NCBI GenBank assembly: GCA_963760795.1
Contig: CAVXEP010000032.1
Span: forward strand, 96,001-160,000
Length of the DNA: 64,000 nucleotides
Direction of reading: 5' to 3'
Origin: an uncultured delta proteobacterium
GTDB taxonomy: Bacteria; Desulfobacterota; Binatia; UBA9968
Part shown: positions 60,110-64,000 of the stretch, piece after piece
Layout of the letters: every line of letters starts with the position of its first letter
How positions within the stretch are numbered: position 1 is the first letter of the stretch
The notes under the pieces: generated by a model
The model's input: the letters and a program-made list of their open reading frames with translations, nothing else
Database searches by the model: none
Told to the model about the DNA's origin: nothing
Made by a program: the position numbers and the translations under genes

Positions 60110-61405
60110 CTACTGCTTGGGGCTGCGCTGTTCCTGGTAAAAATCACGGAAGCGGTAGTCTTTGAGGTGAATTAGATTTTGATAGGAGCCGAAGCGCTGC
60201 GCCGGGTCGTTGATCTCGTCGAGCAGGTCGCGGTGATTGTCTTCGGTCTCAAAGACGCGGACTTTTTGATAGGTGGTCGAGCGCTCCGCCGGGATGCGGC
60301 TCATCTCCCGGATCAGGCCGCGGAATTGCGACGGTTTCATTAACTGGCCGAATGCGGAACCGGCGGCGGTGGAAATGCTTTCGTTAATCAACGTGCCGCC
60401 AAAATCATTGGCGCCGGCGAGTAACGCGATCTGCGACAGCTTCGGCCCTTCCTTGACCCAAGAGACCTGCAAGTTGGGAATCCAGTTATTGAGCATCAGC
60501 CGCGACACGGCGTACATCTTCATCACTTCGGCGCCGCTGGCGCCATGGCGCAGCTCGGGAAGCGCCTGGCGATGGGACATCGGCGCTTCCTCGTAGACGA
60601 AGCTCAATGGCACGAACTCGGTGATGCCGCCGGTGCGTTTCTGCACGTCGCGCAGCACGCTCAAATGAATCGCCCGGTGACGCGGGGTCTCGATATGGCC
60701 GTACATGATGGTCGAAGTGGTCGGGATACCGACTTCGTGGGCGGTCTGGATCACCTCGATCCAGTTGTCGATGCTGATGCGGCCGGGGGAGATGCGCCGG
60801 CGCACTGCGTCGACGAATACTTCAGCCGACGTGCCCGGCAAGCTGCCGACGCCGGCGTCTTTTAGCGCCAAAAGGTAATCGCGGATGCTGGCACCGGTGA
60901 GCGTCGAACCGTAGAGCACTTCCTCAGGAGAAAAACCATGGATATGCAGTTCCGGCAACGCTTCTTTCACGGCGCGGCAAAGTTTGACGTAATGCCAACC
61001 GTCCATGCCGGGTGCCAGTCCCGCTTGAATGCATACTTCGCTGGCGCCGAGATCGCGCGCTTCGGTGGCGCGCCGGATGATCTCTTCGATGGGGAGAAAG
61101 TAACCTTCCTCAGCGAGATGGCCTCGGCTAAAAGCACAAAAGCCGCACTGCTTGACGCACACATTGGTAAAATTGATGTTGCGATTGATGACGTAGCTGA
61201 CCACGTCGCCGACGGTCTGGGCGCGCAGCTGATCGGCGGCGGCGAGCATGGCGAGTAAATCTGAACCGTCCGCCTCGAACAGCGTCGTCGCTTCGTCGAC
61301 GGACAGATCCTGCCCGGAAAGCGCGCGGTCGAGAATCGCCGCGGTGCCCCGCGACACGGTCGTCAGCAGTCGATTGAGAGACGATTCGAGGTGCGGCAAA
61401 TTCAT
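60110..61405 (-). CDS. cofH: FO synthase subunit CofH (radical SAM)
   Basis: NRNINFTNVCVKQCGFCAF, LPGTSAE, MYGHIE, QVSWVKEG and GANDFGGTLINESIS motifs. Confidence 0.88.
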   Translation of the reverse strand: MNLPHLESSLNRLLTTVSRGTAAILDRALSGQDLSVDEATTLFEADGSDLLAMLAAADQLRAQTVGDVVSYVINRNINFTNVCVKQCGFCAFSRGHLAEEGYFLPIEEIIRRATEARDLGASEVCIQAGLAPGMDGWHYVKLCRAVKEALPELHIHGFSPEEVLYGSTLTGASIRDYLLALKDAGVGSLPGTSAEVFVDAVRRRISPGRISIDNWIEVIQTAHEVGIPTTSTIMYGHIETPRHRAIHLSVLRDVQKRTGGITEFVPLSFVYEEAPMSHRQALPELRHGASGAEVMKMYAVSRLMLNNWIPNLQVSWVKEGPKLSQIALLAGANDFGGTLINESISTAAGSAFGQLMKPSQFRGLIREMSRIPAERSTTYQKVRVFETEDNHRDLLDEINDPAQRFGSYQNLIHLKDYRFRDFYQEQRSPKQ

Positions 61406-61700
61406 GGCGCGACTCTAGCCTGTCACTTGGAGAAACTCAACGCTGTCGCGCAGGGATCGCTTAGCGGCAGAGAGCCGACGAAAAAATCGCCGTCATGGGA
61501 AGAAATATTGCGCCACGAAGTGTTTCAGGTTTTGCACAGATCTAGAATGTAGTGAGTCCGCCAACCGCATCGAGCGAGTGCGCCTTAGCAACGATGCGGT
61601 TCCCTTGGGTCACCACACCCTCCAAACCTTGCCGGCTTGGGCAATATTTTCGCTAACCCTGGAACCTCTCCGGGCCTGTACGGGGAGCGAACATCGCCGC

Positions 61701-62801
61701 CTAATGAACCCCGTTGCTGCTTAGATTGTAAAGCGCCTTGGCGTTGTGCGACAGGATTTTTTCTTTGACCGACGCGTCCAAGCCTTCCATCCGTTGAAAC
61801 TCGTTCAACGCAGTCACGGCGCTTGACGGGTCGGTGTGGCCATAGTCGGTGCCAATCACCAGGCGATCTTCGCCGCAGCAATTGACCACATAGGGCACGT
61901 CGTCGTTGGTCTGGCAGGTGACGTAGATCTGGTATTCGCCGAAAACGTTTTCGGGAAAAGTCCGTCCTTGGGCGCGGTAGCGGATCGCGGTCTCGCGGGC
62001 GATCCAGGGCACCCACTGCGCCGACGCTTCGATGAAGCCCCAGCGCAGTTTGGGAAACACTTGATGCAGCTCGCTCATGATGACATCGAAGCAGGCGGTG
62101 ACCGTCGGCACGCGGAACTGGGCGAAGCGGCCGGCCGGCGCTTGGCGATAGAGGTCGGCGTTCGCTGGATTGCCGTTGGCGATATGCACGGCGATCGAGA
62201 GGTCGAGATCGCTAGCGGTTTGGTAGATCGGATAAAAATAGGGATCGGATAAATGGCGGTCGCCTTCGAGGGGGCGCATGCACACGGCGACACCGCCGTT
62301 GCCCTTGGCGAACTTGATTTCGGCGATGGCAGCGTCGATGTCGAAGGCCGGCACGACGCAGGAGTAAAATAGCCGGCCATGGCTTTGCTGCGAAATATCG
62401 GCGAGCCAGCGGTTCCAACTGCGGCACACCGCGACTTCGGCCTGGCGGTTGGTGGTCACCTGTTCGATCCAGAAGGTGTTGTGTAACACCTGAACGTCGA
62501 TGCCCAACTCGTCCATATGTTTGAGGCGCAGCTCGACATCGTCCAGCTCGCGCGCCGCCTGCGGCGTGGCGAAATTCCGGCCGGCGCGGTCGGCGAACTC
62601 GCGCAGCTCGCGCTCGCTCAGCGTGAGAAAGCGAAAGCCGGCGATCTTGTCTTCCAAGACCCAATACTGGCGCGTCGGCTCGTTGGGCGTGGAATAAAGT
62701 CGCGGCCGGTACTTGCGGTCGGATTCATCGAGATAGTCCCAGGTGCGTTCGGTTTCGATGACATGGGCATCGGCATCGATGATCGGCAATGACTGAGCCA
62801 T
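61701..62801 (-). CDS. Amidohydrolase_2 family protein (paralog of 43879..44961)
   Basis: [38 protein letters not shown] and GTDYGH motifs. Confidence 0.88.
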   Translation of the reverse strand: MAQSLPIIDADAHVIETERTWDYLDESDRKYRPRLYSTPNEPTRQYWVLEDKIAGFRFLTLSERELREFADRAGRNFATPQAARELDDVELRLKHMDELGIDVQVLHNTFWIEQVTTNRQAEVAVCRSWNRWLADISQQSHGRLFYSCVVPAFDIDAAIAEIKFAKGNGGVAVCMRPLEGDRHLSDPYFYPIYQTASDLDLSIAVHIANGNPANADLYRQAPAGRFAQFRVPTVTACFDVIMSELHQVFPKLRWGFIEASAQWVPWIARETAIRYRAQGRTFPENVFGEYQIYVTCQTNDDVPYVVNCCGEDRLVIGTDYGHTDPSSAVTALNEFQRMEGLDASVKEKILSHNAKALYNLSSNGVH

Positions 62802-62886
62802 AGGACGAACTCCTTTCGGCCAATAGATGAATGGTTGAAACTAGTGCGGATGGCGCGCCGCTGTCAAGCAAGCGGTGAGTTTTACC

Positions 62887-62914
62887 TTGACTCCCGCTCG
62901 CGGCGGCATATGAT
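62887..62914 (+). promoter_or_regulatory. Putative sigma-70 promoter
   Basis: TTGACT-N16-TATGAT, 33 bp before the ATG at 62948. Confidence 0.45.
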
Positions 62915-62947
62915 CTGCGCGGTATTGTTCGGTCGGAGTGGCAGGCA

Positions 62948-64000
62948 ATGAAAAGCGCCTACGGTCTTAAAATTCCCGAACCCGATGGCGAGTTGACTCG
63001 TGTTGGACCGGGCACGCCATGCGGCGAATTGATGCGCCGCTACTGGCAACCTGTCTGTCTCTCCGCCGATCTCAAGGATCTACCCAAGCCGGTCAAGATT
63101 CTCGGTGAAGAGCTAATCGCCTTTCGCGACGGTCAGGGGCGTGCCGGCCTGTTGTTCTTTCGCTGCAGCCATCGCGGCGCTTCACTGGAATACGGCCGGG
63201 TCGAGGCCCGCGGCCTGCGCTGCTGTTATCATGGTTGGCTCTACGATGTCGCAGGCAACGTCGTCGAGATGCCGCTCGAGCCGACGCCCAATCCATTTTT
63301 AAAGCAAATCCAACAGCCGGCTTACCCGGTGCGTGAGTTTGGCGGACTCCTGTTCGCCTATATGGGTCCGCTGGAGCGGCTGCCGGAGTTTCCCCTGTAC
63401 GATGTCTGGCAAACTGCCGGCGGTACGCTCAAAGCGCGCATGGGGCCGCGGGTCGGCGGCCCGGTCAATTGCAATTGGCTCCAGGCCGAAGAGAATTTGA
63501 TGGACGCGCTGCATACTTTTTGGTTGCACACACTGCACAGCGGGCCGCAGTTTCCCTCCCAGGCCTATGGCGTGACTCCCGATGATTTGCAATACGAGGA
63601 GACCGCCATGGGCATGCGCTTCATCCTCACGCGCAAATTAGCAAACGGCAAATGGTGGGAACTCATTTGGGAAATGCTCATGCCGCTCAATGTCCACTTG
63701 GTTTATACCGATGAGCCCAAGACCGAGCGCGTGCGCGCGGTGACCTACTGTGTGCCGGTCGACGATACCCACCAATTGGGCGCCAGCGTGCGCTGGCTGG
63801 CCGGCAACGAAACCGAGTCGTTGTCCGGCCGCGAACAGTTGGCGCCGGGTGGGCGCAAGGACAGCAGTTTCGAATACACCCAGCGTCATCCCGACGACAA
63901 GGAAGCTGTCGAAGGGCAAGGACCGATCGCGCTGCATGGCCTGGAGCATCTGGTGAGCTCGGACAGGGGAGTCATGCTGTTTAGAAAACTTTTGCGCACG
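62948..64000 (+). CDS. Rieske non-heme iron oxygenase (3' end outside window; absent from ORF track)
   Basis: Own translation: LTRVGPGTPCGELMRRYWQP, CSHR...CCYHGW, ENLMDALH...LH and DDKEAVEGQG. Confidence 0.9.
   Translation, partial: MKSAYGLKIPEPDGELTRVGPGTPCGELMRRYWQPVCLSADLKDLPKPVKILGEELIAFRDGQGRAGLLFFRCSHRGASLEYGRVEARGLRCCYHGWLYDVAGNVVEMPLEPTPNPFLKQIQQPAYPVREFGGLLFAYMGPLERLPEFPLYDVWQTAGGTLKARMGPRVGGPVNCNWLQAEENLMDALHTFWLHTLHSGPQFPSQAYGVTPDDLQYEETAMGMRFILTRKLANGKWWELIWEMLMPLNVHLVYTDEPKTERVRAVTYCVPVDDTHQLGASVRWLAGNETESLSGREQLAPGGRKDSSFEYTQRHPDDKEAVEGQGPIALHGLEHLVSSDRGVMLFRKLLRT

Noticed and set aside
1-64000. Numerous long antisense or alternate-frame ORFs (e.g. 2462..3199, 26800..27717, 30137..31189, 57110..57997)
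   Set aside because: They are shadows of well-supported genes in GC-rich DNA and show no motifs or RBS
1-64000. CRISPR array, tRNA or rRNA genes
   Set aside because: No regularly spaced repeat-spacer array or recognisable structural RNA was seen by eye; a covariance-model scan was not run

Overview
This is a GC-rich diderm bacterial chromosome segment. Its gene content (orphan solute-binding proteins, paired amidohydrolase_2 and Rieske oxygenase paralogs, stand-alone UbiD, cofH, deltaproteobacterial-style housekeeping genes) resembles Candidatus Binatia/Binatota; that assignment is inference only. Positions 1-25.4 kb form a long lipid A/LPS-core operon: a GnnA-like dehydrogenase, lpxB, msbA, waaA, lpxK, gmhB, an epimerase, two GT9 heptosyltransferases, three Kdo/WaaP-type kinases, many GT2/GT4 enzymes, four SAM methyltransferases, a sulfotransferase and hldA. 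Housekeeping genes follow (yicC, gmk, relA/spoT, rpmB, hldC), then UbiD, a signal-peptide DUF151-PDZ fusion and mutL-miaA. An accessory patch at about 35.5-42.3 kb holds a dipeptidase, an M20 remnant, a 7-repeat beta-propeller surface protein, LuxR with a decayed copy, and a DDE IS with doubled terminal repeats. The rest contains transport and catabolic genes, two sigma-54-driven 42-43 aa membrane micro-proteins not called by the ORF track, hisS-aspS, cofH and a Rieske gene running off the window. Many single-base insertions break conserved genes (six in hisS) and are most likely sequencing errors. No rRNA, tRNA or CRISPR array was recognised.
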